Assembly (NCBI RefSeq): GCF_006345805.1
Contig: NC_043014.1
Coordinates: forward strand, 31,682,001 to 31,746,000
DNA: 64,000 nucleotides
From: Octopus sinensis
Lineage: Eukaryota
Direction of reading: 5' to 3'
Below, piece by piece: positions 25,771 to 39,287 of the stretch. Every line of letters begins with the position of its first letter. Position 1 is the stretch's first letter. Made by a program: the position numbers and the translations under genes. Below the pieces are notes generated by a model. It was not told where the DNA came from, made no database searches, and saw nothing but the letters and a program-made list of their open reading frames with translations.

Positions 25771-26420
25771 GTGCATGTGTGCGTGCCAAACGAAGTTATT
25801 TTATGGCATTCTTTCATTTGAAACAGGAAAGTTGTCAACTCAATCATATTGGATCATATGATTGTTAGTTAATGTCCATAGAATTAAAAAAAATTTTTGT
25901 AATGCAAATATGTAAATGAAGATAAAGTTTATTTGTTAGCTGAAAGATTACTGAATCTTTTGATACCCCATATGTCAAAATCAGCAACTGCCTTGAAGAA
26001 TTTTTACTCAAATGAATTGACCTTAGTACATTTTTTTTTGTTTAAGCTTGGTACATATTCTATTAGACACTTTGACCGAACCGCTAAGTTACAGGGATGT
26101 AAACACACAAACAACTGTTGTCAAGCAGTGGTCAGAGACAAACAGAGTCACAAATACACACATACGTGCATGTGTGCACACACACACGCACACACACAAT
26201 TGACTTCTTTCAGGTTCCATCTACTAAATCCACTCAGAAGGTTTTGGTTGACCTGAGACTATACTAGAAGCCCAAGGTGCCACACAGTAGGACGGAACCC
26301 AGAACCATGTGGTTTGGAAGCAAGCATCTTACCACACAGCCACTCCATAGAGTGTAAAAGCTTTACGTCATTGGTGTTAAAGCATATCTGAGTAATAGAT
26401 CTGTAGCCACAGACTGAACC

Positions 26421-26633
26421 TCATAATCTTGAAGGATGTGAAGGGTGCTGGTGGTGCCTGAGATGGCTGTTCAGGCCAAGTGTGATATAAAAGAGCTGGG
26501 AGCATTTATTGCAGGGCAGTGTTGGTGGAGGATGAGGAAGTGTGAGTTGCTCTTCGTGTTGTCGACACTGGATCTCTGTATCTTGAGGTCATTTTCCATC
26601 AGATCTGTTCCCTTGATGTTGACATGCCACCAC
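26421..26633 (-). mobile_element. 3' fragment of an RTE (BovB-like) LINE with terminal C2H2 finger
   Basis: Minus strand PTLPCNKCSQLFYITLGLNSHLRHHQ (CNKC at 26502-13) followed shortly by a stop. Confidence 0.65.
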
Positions 26634-26789
26634 CTTGCATAGAACTTGGCAATTGTCTCTCAGGCTTATAATAGAAGACACTTGCCTATGGTGCATTGCA
26701 GTAGGACCGAACTTAAAACCATGTGGTTGCAAAGTGAGCTTCTTCACCACACAGCCACCTTGGGTCCTGTGCTTCTTGGCCCCTGTTAC

Positions 26790-29200
26790 GAATTCCTTAT
26801 TTCTTCCACTCTGTTCAAACTTTTTAGATATTGGTTTTTCTTGCCATCATTTTATTGTGGCATTCCTTAGCCTCATCTTTGGCTTAGATTTGACCCTTTT
26901 TGCTCAATTACTGTTGTTGATTTTCCTTTTCTTTCCAAACTATCTTTTATTTTAGCCTTTGTGTTTGTTGAAGAGAGAGAAAAAAAAACAGTTCTATATT
27001 TTGTTTGTTCATGGCTATTTGCATTAATTTTTCATGATTCTTTCTGAACACTAACCACTTTACAATGTGTAAAAGCACCCTGTACATACTGTAAAATGGT
27101 TGGGATTAGGAAAGACATCCAACTGTAGAAACCATTCCAAAATCTGACACTAGAATTTGACACAGTCCTGTAGCTTGATAGATCCTATTAAAACTGTCCA
27201 AATCATGCCAGCATGGAAAATGTACAATGATGATAATGACGACAATGAAAACAACAATGACGTCAACGATGACGAGAATGACGACGACAATGATGACGAT
27301 GACGGTAATTTGCTAAATTTTCTTTGTAGTCTAACAATGGATATTTTATAACAGTTTTCCAATTGCAATAAAAATCCTGCCATCTTGTATTTGTTTTTAA
27401 TTATTCTATGTCAGATTTTGGGTGATGTATTTTAATAATCATATCTCTCTTACTTTTCTGTCTAATTTTATTACTTTGTTTGGTATCTAACTGAGAATAT
27501 CATAACTGTAATTTATTACTGGGAGAGCTGAAGTATTGGTACATATTACCTTATTTTTGCATTTAGATCTGTTTTAAATTCTAATTTAATGCTTTTATAA
27601 TACTGTTCCTTAATCTTTCCTCTCCTTTACGTTTATTACACATTGTCTTGTCCATTGATTCTTAAATATATCTAAGTCTGTGTCTAACCCTTTCATACCG
27701 TATTTATTTTGAGATGCTCTATGTTTCTTTCAATTGCTTTAAATATAACAAAGAATTTAGTAAAATAACGTAGTTATTATTCAGCTGGTGTTAGGAACAT
27801 AAATTGTGATTAAGGTTTAGTGGAAGATTTTAGTTCAAAACTTATAAAAACAAGACATTTGTACTCAGAGCCAGAGTCGGTTTGGTAATGAAAGGGTTAA
27901 GCCAGTTCTCTAATCTCAATTTTTTTGTTAAGCATGATAAGGTGTTCTTAATATTTCTCTCTTCAAGGTTGCCTTGATGCATTTTTCTACTTCAAATCTC
28001 ATGTTAGTTTTTCTGGTAAATCCATATACTATCTGCAGTAGCTTTTCTAGTTGTTTAACATTTGCAGCAGGCAAGTTGAGATTATCAGCATACAAAAGAT
28101 TTGCTGATTGACTTATTTATAGCTTCAGTATCCCAATCCACACCAGTTAATTTATCAGTTAAAGGTGTCAGTACCAGAGTAAAAGAAAAAGAAGTCTTCT
28201 TGGAATATTCTTTTCTAATAAGAATGGATTTAATTTTCATAATTCCTAATTTTGTGTGTATCTGCAAAATTAATTTTCATTTATTCATGATATGTTTTAG
28301 ATTTCCTCTTATTATTGTTGCTATCTTACTCATAGCTAGTGTTTACAAGGTCCACATCTGGAGAATACAGTCAAAAGCCTTCTGGTAGTCAATCTATACC
28401 ATGCTCAGACTCTTTTTGTTCCTTCAGTAATCAGCCACAATTATGATTTCATTTGACTCATGAAACCAAGTGATATTGTAGTCATGGCTGATGCTGGTGT
28501 CATGTAACTGGCATCCATGCTGGTGGCACATAAAAAGCACCCTCTGAACATTGGGCCTCACAGAGGCAATGATAAGTGACCAAGACCTTTGGCAATAGGC
28601 CGTTCTTGAGAAGACCCATCAAGACAAGTATCATGAAACTTGCACCTGTGCCAGTGGCACATAAAAAGCATCCATTACACACTTGAAGTGGTTGGTTTTA
28701 GGAAGGGCATCAAGCCATAGAAACCATGCCAAATCAGATTGAAACCTGTTGTAGCCCTCCTGTTTACCAGTTTCAGTCAAACTGTCCAGCATCAAAGCAG
28801 ACGTTAAAGGATGATTATAATAATGAAATTTACAGCCATATAATCCTTTGCGACAACCCTTCCTGCTCTTCTGGTAACAAGTTGTTTTTCCAAGGTATTT
28901 ACTTAGTCATTGTAATATCATTGCTGTTGAAGTTGTTCAGGTTTTGTGAAGATAAGTTATTAATCTGTAGTTTTAGAATTTGTTGTTCCTTCCAGTCTTA
29001 GATATTAAAATAGTTTTCCCATCCGAGTACATGTTAGATTAGATTTAAAGCTCTGTTAGTATCTCATGAAACTTTTCTGCAGGCTCCTTATGTTATCCTA
29101 GAAGAATATTTTAGCCTGATGGTTCAAATCTTATCATATCCTTTTTACATAAGCTTTCACACTTTTTCCCACTGTTCTTGACCCTGGGCTCCTTTCCTTT
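26790..29200 (-). pseudogene. Decayed R4/Dong-type non-LTR retrotransposon RT, interrupted by SINE and MITE insertions
   Basis: Collinear minus-strand motifs: KNNLLPEEQ (LLPEEQ at 28863-80), DYQKAFD (28370-90), LLYADNL..KQLEKLLQIVYGF...MRFEVEKC (LLYADNL at 28078-98), TSALPVINYSY...KLDRKVR, HHPKSD (27410-27), GFLLQLENCYK, WQEKP (26832-46). Many stops and frameshifts. Confidence 0.8.
27685..27900. mobile_element. piggyBac-like MITE inserted in the R4/Dong remnant
   Basis: TAACCCTTTCATACC ... GGTAATGAAAGGGTTAA, i.e. CCC/GGG termini with TTAA-like flanks. Confidence 0.6.
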
Positions 29201-29701
29201 GGGGCAAGACCTTCCTCTCCCTAGTTTTGTTGGTTTGCCATACTAAACACGACAATCTCCACATCACAGAAAGGCAAAAAATGTGGCATGAGTCGGGCAT
29301 GTGAAAATGTAGTTAGAATGGTCTGAGTGAATGAACCTGCTCTAAGCATGTACCTATAGGCTGAAAAGTTCAGAGGATAAGGGAAGTACTTGCCACGGTA
29401 CTCGTGGTGATCAGGTTGGCTCAGGATCTGTGGGATGTTGGCCACCCCAGTGTGGTGTGTTCCCTTTATTGGGAATATTGTTGTTTATGTAAATTCTCTA
29501 CTGTCCTTTGTCTTTGTATTGTCCTAAGCTTTTGCAGCCAAATTAGCCCACATCAGACAAAATACATTTCATCTGTTTTTTTGTTTTGAGTTCAAATTCT
29601 ACTGATGTCGACTTTACCTTTCATCCTTTCAGGGGTTGATATAATAAGTACCAGTTGATGTAATTGATTTGCTTTCTGCTAAAATTTGGAATGACGTCTT
29701 T

Positions 29702-29747
<46 letters not shown>

Positions 29748-30443
29748 CCACCATCACCATCATTGTCATTGTCATCATCATTATTATCATTATCATCAGT
29801 ATAATTAGTGTCTTCTTCTTCCTCCTCCTCATCATCGTCATCAACATAGTGATCGTCATCATCATCATCATCATCATCATCAATAACATAATCATGACCA
29901 TCATTGTTATGATGATGATGATGATCATCATCATCATGATCATCATTATCATCATCATCATCTTCACTGCTTATATTTCTTTTTGTTATAGACATTATTG
30001 CTTGGTCAATAACTCCACCTCCATCAATCTCACCCCGTGATCAGTCTCACTCTCTCTCTCTCTCTTTCTCTCTCTCCCACGCACCCCTCCATATAGTTCA
30101 CAGAATAAATCACTCCTCCACCCATTCAACTGACTTCTTCAGTATCCCATCACCATGCAAATGCACACAACCATCTTTATCTTCTGCTCCACAAGACAGG
30201 AGACAGATTAGATATAAATGTAAATGAAATGACTTCCATTAACAACAACAACAACAACAGCAACAACAACGGCAACTATCAATAACAATCAGCAAGAATA
30301 ACAGCAACAACAACAACAACAACAACTGCAACAACAATTCAAACAACTGCTGCAGAGCAACAACATCAACTTTTACAAACATCAATAACACACACAACTG
30401 CCACCATACTCCTTTGATAATAATAATAATAATAATAATAATG

Positions 30444-30480
<37 letters not shown>

Positions 30481-30509
30481 TAATAATAATAATAACAATA
30501 ATAATAATG

Positions 30510-30552
<43 letters not shown>

Positions 30553-30695
30553 TAATAATAAGTTCCAATCGACCCACTCTCACCCGATTGCGAATATGTA
30601 AATAAGTAAAGAAAAGTAAAAATATAATTTATTTTTTGTAATTTGCTATTTTATGATCTAGAGTATATACATAAACTTTACATGCACACACATTT

Positions 30696-30743
<48 letters not shown>

Positions 30744-30745
30744 GT

Positions 30746-30782
<37 letters not shown>

Positions 30783-30837
30783 TGTGTGTGTGTGTGTGTA
30801 TGTATATATATATATATATGTATGTATGTATATATAC

Positions 30838-30882
<45 letters not shown>

Positions 30883-31834
30883 CATTATATGTATATATAT
30901 ATATATGTATGTATGTGTGTATATATATATATATATGTATACACACACACCTATGTATGTATATATGTATATATCTTTCTACATACACATGCTTATATGT
31001 ATTAGTGACTCAGATCTCTACCTCTACCCCTATCTTTTCCCACATTGGATTAGCATCTGTATGTAGCCTCTTGGAAGTAATGGATTTGTTTTACAATTAT
31101 TATTGGAATGTATAAACTGAAAGAAAGACAGAGAGGGGGGAATTGGGCAGCAGGGAGAGGAGAGAGTAGGAGGAAGGGAGAGAGAGAGAGAGAGAGATTT
31201 TATATGGAAGAGAGTGAGATTAGGTTAAGAGTGCAGTGTGTCAGGGTGTGGGATGAGTTGTGAAACAACAACAAAACATTAAATGTAATGTTTGCCCATA
31301 TCTCCCCCCTCTCCAAGACTTTGTCACTCATTTACCTTTATCATATCACCCCACCCTCCTGCCCCAAACACCCACAACTCCAAACAGACAATGTCCCAAT
31401 AAAAACATTTTAAAATGGGGATTGGGTAGGCCTGAGCGGAATAAATGAATAAATATATAAATAAATAACAAGTAGATAAACAGGATTTGTTTCATCTAGA
31501 GATAAAAGTTTTTATTTTATTTTATTTATTATTTATACAGAAATATAATGTTTATTTCGAAACATATGTAGTGCCCATGGGGAATTAATTTTGGAGGGTT
31601 AAAAGCTAAGTTCTTTTGCAACATGATGCTGGTATTAAAACTATGATTTTAGAATGATCAAAGAAACTTTTCTCTACCTGAGCCAACAAAGAAACCTCTT
31701 AATAATCATTCAGCTTACAAGAAACAGCAGTTAAAGTACCTTTAAATCATGCTCTGAGGCTTTCAGAAAGAATGATATATTGCATAATGTTGTCCCAGAT
31801 ATATTATCTTTTATCTTTTAAGTTTTATCATGTA

Positions 31835-32220
31835 CTAGCAGTATCGCCCAGCATTGCTTGGGTTTGTTTTGACTCTTTAGAATTGGAATTTTTGAAAAAT
31901 AAAAATTTTGCATTATGTAGCTTGTTATTCTCTTTAAGTGAACATTTTTCTGGTTGAAATATACCGAAAAATGGCGACTCAGCATAAAAAAATCGTAAAA
32001 AATAGGGATTTTCATAGAAAAAAAGCACCTTTTTGATGTAAATAATTTTTGGTGTTAACATGGTCCGATTTGAATTTTTTCTTCTACGGAAGGAAGAGCA
32101 AGCCTTCTATCATACTTTCAATTTTGGTCAACTTGTGCCGCAGGGTCTCGGAGGAGATGGTGTTAGTTGAAGGCTACCAAACCTGCCATACACAGACAAC
32201 TTCAGTTTTATATATATAGA
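31835..32220 (-). mobile_element. Non-autonomous Helitron, apparently full length (386 bp)
   Basis: Minus strand begins TCTATATATATAAAACTG and ends with hairpin CCCA-AGCAATGC-TGGG, then GCGATACTG-CTAG followed by T. The 5' flank is G rather than the canonical A. Confidence 0.75.
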
Positions 32221-35200
32221 CTTGTTTCAGTCATTGGACTGTAACCATGCTGGAGCACCATCTTGAAGGGTTTTATAGACTAAATTGATCCCAGTAATTA
32301 TTTTTAAGTCTGGTATTTATTCTATTGGTCTCTTTGCCTAATCTCTAAGTTTTAGGGACATAAACAAACCAACAGTGTTTGTCAAATAACGGATGGGTGG
32401 GATAAACACAAGCACAAAGACACATGCATGCATGCACACACACACAGGTGCGCACACACACACATGCACAAACATAAAATGGGCCTCCATACAGTTTCTA
32501 TCTATCAGATTCACTCATAAATAGGCACAGGGGTGGCTGTGTGGTAAGAAGCTTGATTCCCTATCACAAAGTTCTGGGTTCAGTCCCACTATGTGGCACC
32601 TTGGACAAGTGTCTTCTACTATAGCTTCAGGCCGACCAAAGCCTTGTGAGTGAATTTGGTAAATGGAAACTGAAAGAAGCCTGCCATATATGTGTGTGTG
32701 TGTCTGTGTGTGTGTATTTTATGCAAGTGTGTCTGTGTTTGTCCCCTCCCATCATCACTTGACAACTGATGCTGGTGTGTTTATGTCCCTATAACCTAGC
32801 AGTTTGGCAAAAAAAGGACCTATAGAATAAGTACTAAGCTTACAAAGAAGAAGTCCTGGCGTTGATTTCTTCAACTATAACCCTTTTAGGTGGTGCTCCA
32901 GCAAGACCACAGTCAAATGACTGAAACAAGTAAAAGAGAAAAAGAATAAGACATTAGTTGCCCAGGGCTATCAGGTATGTTAAGTAGAAGACTTAGCTTG
33001 GTATGCTAAGTAGAAGACATTTGCCCAAAGTGCCACTCAGTGGGACTGAACTTGAACGTATGTGGTTGCCAAGCAAGCTTCTTAATCTCACAGCCATTTC
33101 TACAAATGTATTACTTCTAGATAAAAAAAAAAAACAACAACATTTTCTTGCTTAAGATCATAGATAGTGTCTATGATCTTGTTTAGGTCTGTAGAAGGGA
33201 GGGAAGAACATATTCTCAAACCAGAGACCTGATCTGAATGGTTGTTATAACTTTTAGATTTCCTTAAAGATATCTAAGAACCAAGTAGTGGTATTAAGCC
33301 TGATAATGAATTAACCTTTTAGACAAATCCAGCCTAAATATACCTGTCTTTTTTTTTATTCAAACAGGACAGACCAAGCCTCTCAAAGACACCCTACAAT
33401 GTCATTCAGCAACCAAACAATCACATCATCAAAATCTCAAAGCTATGAGATAATACATGATTAATTCAAAACCATGCAAATAGATTAGCATTACATTTGA
33501 CAGAGTCATCTCAATGCTAAAGGGTTCATTCCAATTAGGCTATGAGAGGATTTGAATTCAAAATGTAAAGCACCAAAACAAATACTGCAAGGCATTTTCT
33601 TTAAGACGTTAATGATTCTGCCACTCAGATACCCTAGGCTGGTACTTTAGTTGTCAACCCCAGAAAGATGAAAGACAAACTTGATCATTGTTGAATTTGA
33701 CAAAGGACAGATATCTGGCACATTGCTGTACTTAAGAAATGTATCCACCACAGCAGAATTGATACTGGTGCTTGTGCCACATAAGAAGCACTGGTGCTGG
33801 TTCCACATAAAAAGCACTGGTGTTGGTGTCACAAAAAGCACTGATGCTGGTTCCACATAGAAAGTACTGGTGCTGGTTCCACATAAAAAGCATTCCTGCT
33901 GGTGTTACATAAAAAGCACCCAGTACACATTGTGAAGTGGTTAGTGTTAAGAAGGATATCCAGCCATAAAAACCATGTCAAGACAGACAACGGGGCCTTA
34001 CCAGCTCCAGTCAAACTGTTCAAAGTTAACCTTGGTAGAATTTGAACTTAGAACATAAAGATTGATGAAATATTGCTAAGCATTTTGCATGGTATGCTAA
34101 CAATTCTGCTAGCTCACTGCCTTAGTTTAATTAAATGATAATAAAACTAAACCATTAATTAACCATTCATTATCTCATAGCCTTGAGTTTATGAAGATGT
34201 GATTGTTTATTTTTAGAATGACATTGTAAGGTAGAAGTTAGGAGTGAAAGGCAGGTTCTGGCCAGTTTGGTCATAAAATAGAAAGATATTTGGACTGAAT
34301 ATGGCCCCTTTAAATGCTCAAGGATTAAAAGATAGGAGTGTTTTAGTAGTATTTTACATTTGTTGAAAATAATACAATGAATGGAATTTTTATTTTATTG
34401 GTAGTAGGAAATTTTTTGAAATTGCTTAAAAGTCAAAAACCATATTTAAGGATAAAAGGCAACAGGAATAGGTGAAACAGTAAGGTGAGAAAAAAAAATA
34501 CACACACACACTCATCATCATCATCATCATTATCATCATCATTTAATGCCTGCTATCCTTGCTGACATGGGTTGGATGGTTCAGTAAGAACTGATGATCC
34601 AGAGGGCTGCACTAAGCTCTACTTTGGTATTGTTTCTTCACCTGGATGCCCTTCCTAATGCCAACCACTAGATAGAGTGTATGTGTTGCTTTTTTTGTGG
34701 TGCTAGTACTGGTGAGGTCACCAAGTACCCTTCACAAGACAAGACCTCCCTCAACTGAATAGAGTATAATACTGAGAGATATAAAAATACAAGGACAGGA
34801 GCAGATGTTTTGCTGAAGAGAAATGTGAGATCACAGTACAAGATCAATGAGAATATATACAATTATTAAGTAAAAGGGTAATTATAGATAAAAAAATGTA
34901 TAAGAAAATAATAAATGAAAATTAAAAATAAGTAAATGTAAGCCAGTATTCTTTTTGCTGTTTTTGCAAATTCTCACGACTCTGTTGTCATCCATTTCCA
35001 TTATCAAGGGTGGTGAGCTGGTAGAATTGTTAGCACACCAGGTGAAATACTTAGTGGTATTTCATGTCTCAATGTTCTGAGTTCAAATTCTACTGAGGTT
35101 CACTTTACTTTGCATCCATTTGGAGTTGATAAACTAAGTACCAGTTGAGTGAGTACTGAGGTCAATGCAATTGACTATCCCAATTACCCCAAGTTTCAGG

Positions 35201-35239
35201 CCTTATGCCTATAGTAGAAAGGATTATTATGGCAAAGGA

Positions 35240-35480
35240 TTAAAGCAGTGAGCTGGCAGAAACATTAGCACGAAATGCTTAGCGGTATTTCGTCTGCCAT
35301 TACGCTCTGAGTTCAAATTCTGCCGAGGTTGACTTTGCCGTTCATCCTTTCAGGGTCGATAAATTAAGTACTAGTTACACACTGAGGTCGATGTAATCGA
35401 CTTAATCCCTTTGTCTGTCCTTGTTTGTCCCCTCTATGTTTAGCCCCTTGAGGGCAATAAAGAAATAAGAAAGGATTATT
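35240..35480 (+). mobile_element. SINE family B, full length
   Basis: GGCAGTGAGCTGGCAGAAAC...GAGTTCAAATTC...GCCCCTTGAGGGCAATAAAGAAATAA-type head to tail. Confidence 0.85.
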
Positions 35481-36553
35481 ATGAATTTGAATTGGGAGCT
35501 TGAGTTATAGTGAATCTTTCATTAGCTGATTATATAACCATGAGCGCCACCTGTATGGATGCAATGCAGTTACTCTGTTGGAAGAGCTTGGTGATCCTAA
35601 CCATTGATTTTCTAGGTATGCAGGTATTTTGGGTGATGACCATGCCCTGCATAGTTACAGGTTACCCTTAGGCAAGGCATAGCAACTGTTCAGCCACTCT
35701 ACCACAGGTAAGGTGAAGTCATGGGACTGGAGCATGGCAGATTGGGAAGAGGTAGTGAAAGAGCTCAGCTGAACCAAAAGTGCTTCTTACATTGATGCTG
35801 GTATAAGCGAGTTAAAGAAATGAATAAAAAAATAATTTAGTGAAAGTGGGCTGATATTTGGTGCATATGAGTAAAAAGAACCATGAGGTGTTCAGGGAGC
35901 TAGTTACATAGATTGAAGTTTAAAAGGTTTTATTCTAAAAGGTATTAAGATATTAACTGGAATTTGTGTCAGCTACTCACAACATTAGTGGAAGTTTTAT
36001 TCAGGTTTTCTTCAATCAAAGGCCAAGAATCCCCATGGAAAAGGACCCCCAAAAAACCAAAATACATCTGCCATTCTCCTCTCATTGCAGCTGGGACAAA
36101 CTTTTGTCTCACTCTGATCTTTATTGTGCTTTCAACACAGTATGTCCAAAAGTGATGTTATCTTGGGACAGATACTGCTGGAACTGACCTTTCGATGTTG
36201 TATGTACATAAAACGTTGCTCCAGCATGACCACTGTCAAATGACTAAAACGAGTAAATTAGACCAAAAGAAATTAATATAAATCTATATAAAAGCTTGAT
36301 TTTAGTAATCTAAAATCTTGCAGGTTAGGTATATAATCAATTTTAGAAAATGCTTACAAATTAATTTGGCTGGATGCTGTATAAAAATTCTATTCAGTGT
36401 AAAACTAAGAAAAGTATTAAGGGGTATCATAGTTGTGGTCATTGATGGTGCCATATTAAGGGCTTCCTGGCTTATCAACTCCAGTCAAACAGTCTAACCA
36501 TGCAGCACAGAGAGTGGACACTAAACGATGATGGTGAGGATGATGATGATGTA

Positions 36554-37033
36554 CAGGGTGGGCCAAAAGTCACACACGAAATAAGTTCAATACACTTTGG
36601 AAATGTCAAAAACAGGTTTCAATTACTCTAAAATTGGATAAAGTAAATAAAATTATGATGAAAACATATATAATTGTATACAATGAACAAAATGAATAAT
36701 AATAATAATCCTTTCTCCTATAGGCACAAGGCCTGGAATTTGTGGGGAGGGGGATAGTCGATTACATTGACCCCAATACTTGACTGGTACTTAATTTATT
36801 GACCCCAAAAGAATGAAAGGCAAAGTGGACCTTGGCAGAATTTGAACTCAGAATGTAAAGACTGGTGAAATATTGCTAAGCATTTTGCCCAGCATGCTAA
36901 CAATTCTGCCGGCTTGCTGCTTTCATGATGATGATGATGACGACGATGATAATAATGATAATAATAGTAATAATAAAAATGTAAAATAAATACAATCCCA
37001 AATGTTTTGGTGTGTACCTTTTGGCCCACTCTG
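36554..37033. mobile_element. Tc1-like MITE containing a SINE insertion
   Basis: TIRs CAGGGTGGGCCAAAAGTCACAC / GTGTACCTTTTGGCCCACTCTG flanked by TA. SINE at about 36705-36920 inside. Confidence 0.8.
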
Positions 37034-38155
37034 TATATTATACTTAAGAATATTATTGTCTGTAGTTTGACAATGGCTAAAACTTTGAAGTCACTGTCAA
37101 TAAAATTCTTGTTTAAGAATCATAAATTCATGCTCTACAAAAGTATAGAGTAACTCATGAGAGTAGTGTAAAATTTTATTGTAACTGAATATAAAAACAA
37201 ACATTAATATATATATATATTTATAAAGGATAAAGGCCCCTTTGATCATGGGATTGCACCTAGAAAGTTACCCTCCAAGGCACAAGTCTGGACAAGGTTG
37301 TTTTATAGAAGACCGGCAGTTGCCCATGCATACCAGCGTTCCCTCTTCATGCCACTAATGTTATCCGATGGAAAAAGCAAAGGCTGATACAGATGACTTC
37401 AGGGACATTGCAACTCATTTCCATAGCTGAGTGAACTGGAGTAATGTGAAATAAAGTGTCTTGCTTAAGAACACAGCACGCAACCTGATCCAGGAATTGA
37501 ACTCACTACCTCATGACTGTGAGCCCAGTTCTCTAACCATTGAGCCATGCACCTTCATATTATATGTATATTTGTATGTATATATAAAGATAGTATTTTG
37601 GTAAAAATAATATAATATAGAGATCTGTGAAAGGAATTTGTTTCAGAAATTTATAAGAGCTTAATACAGTTACATAAAACAAGTCTTCATATTTATATCT
37701 TGTGTATAGATGTATGTATACACGTGCATATGTGTATGCATGCAAGCATGAGTACAAGGGATATGTGTGTGCATAGTGATACAAGTATACATGTCCATAA
37801 AAACCTTTTGGTATTCACAGATATCTATATATGTATACACATACGCATAAAATGTATGCTAACAAAAAATTATTTTCATACAGTACATTTTCATAAGGAT
37901 GTATGAACAAAAAACATGCTCATATGAATATATAACTACATATGTATCAATAAGTTACATATACATGGATATATACACATTATAAATACATAATGAACAT
38001 ATTGATAAATGCAAATACTGACACTAATTTGCTAATAGGCTTACTTATTCAGGAATATAAAAGTATAGGTTCATAAGCTACATGAAAAGGAATACTTACA
38101 TATCCATACATGTACTTACTTGCATAAATATACATACATACCTACCTGCATATAT

Positions 38156-38271
<116 letters not shown>

Positions 38272-38365
38272 CCATATATATATATGTGTGCATATATATA
38301 TATATAATTTTTGGATTTGGTTTGCAAGATTCTTTATATGAATTCGTTTGTTGAAGCATATTCTG

Positions 38366-38558
38366 TTGTGTCTGGGGAGAGTAATTTTCTTTTTGTGTCT
38401 TATAATGTAACACACTCACAGGTAAAATTTCCAATTATTTCTTTTTTTTTTATTTCTTATTTTTAAAAATAAAAATAAAAAAAAGAAATAAGTGGAAATT
38501 TTACCGGTGAGTGTGTTACATTATAAGGCACAAAAAAAATGACTCTCCCCAGACACAA
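38366..38558. repeat. Fold-back palindrome, ~80-bp arms
   Basis: TTGTGTCTGGGGAGAGT...GGTAAAATTTCCA...TTATTTC / GAAATAAGTGGAAATTTTACC...ACTCTCCCCAGACACAA. One arm also occurs singly at about 11066-11145. Confidence 0.9.
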
Positions 38559-38589
38559 AAGTATATATATATATACATGCATACATACA

Positions 38590-38625
<36 letters not shown>

Positions 38626-38687
38626 TCATTTGTAAAAGACTTTAATCTGAAAGAAGAAGCACATTCTAACATTGTAGAACAGTATAT

Positions 38688-38888
38688 ATTAAAAATGGGG
38701 AAGAGTGGTTTATGGGATTACCTTAGGTTTCCCATCCATAAAGGGTTTAGCTTTATCACATATTATCAAATTCCAAAAACCTGTTGGCATAAGAGGTTTT
38801 TGTGATCTTACTATATGACATAAAGCTAAACCCTTTATGGGCGTGAAACCTAAGGTAATCCCATAAACCGGTCTTCCCCATTTTTAAT
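38688..38888. repeat. Fold-back palindrome, ~75-bp arms
   Basis: ATTAAAAATGGGGAAGAGTGGTTTATGGGATTACCTTAGGTTTC...AAAGGGTTTAGCTTTAT and its reverse complement, in (TA)n context. Confidence 0.9.
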
Positions 38889-38902
38889 TTATATATATAT
38901 AT

Positions 38903-39287
38903 AAAGGGTAAAGACCCCCTTCGGTCATGAATGACCATGGGATTGCACCTAGAAAGTTACCCTCCTAGACACAAGTCCGGGCAAGGTTATTTATGGAAGG
39001 CCAGCAGTCGCCCATGCATACCAGCCTCTCCTCTCCACGCCACCAGTGTTATCCAAGGGAAAGACAAAGGTCGATACAGCTTAGCACCTGTGACGTCGCA
39101 ACTCATTTCTACAGCTGAGTGAACTGGTGCAACGTGAAATAAAGTGCCTTGCTCAAGAACACAACACGCAGCCCGGTCCGGGATTCGAGCTCACAACCTC
39201 ACGATCGTAAGCTCGACACTCTAACCACTGAGCCATGCGCCTTCATTCGTAAGCTCGACACTCTAACCACTGAGCCATGCGCCTTCA
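38903..39287 (-). mobile_element. tRNA-derived SINE family D inserted in (TA)n
   Basis: Minus head GGCGCATGGCTCAGTGGTTAGAGTGTCGAGCTTACGATCGTGAGGTTGTGAGCTCGAATCCCGG with A and B boxes. Related copies at 37225-37556, 15290-15530 and 7310-7622. Confidence 0.9.

Noticed and set aside
35615-35708. AG...CAG|GTAAGG candidate exon
   Set aside because: All three frames contain stops from the best acceptor; only a 47-nt sub-exon with a poor acceptor stays open.
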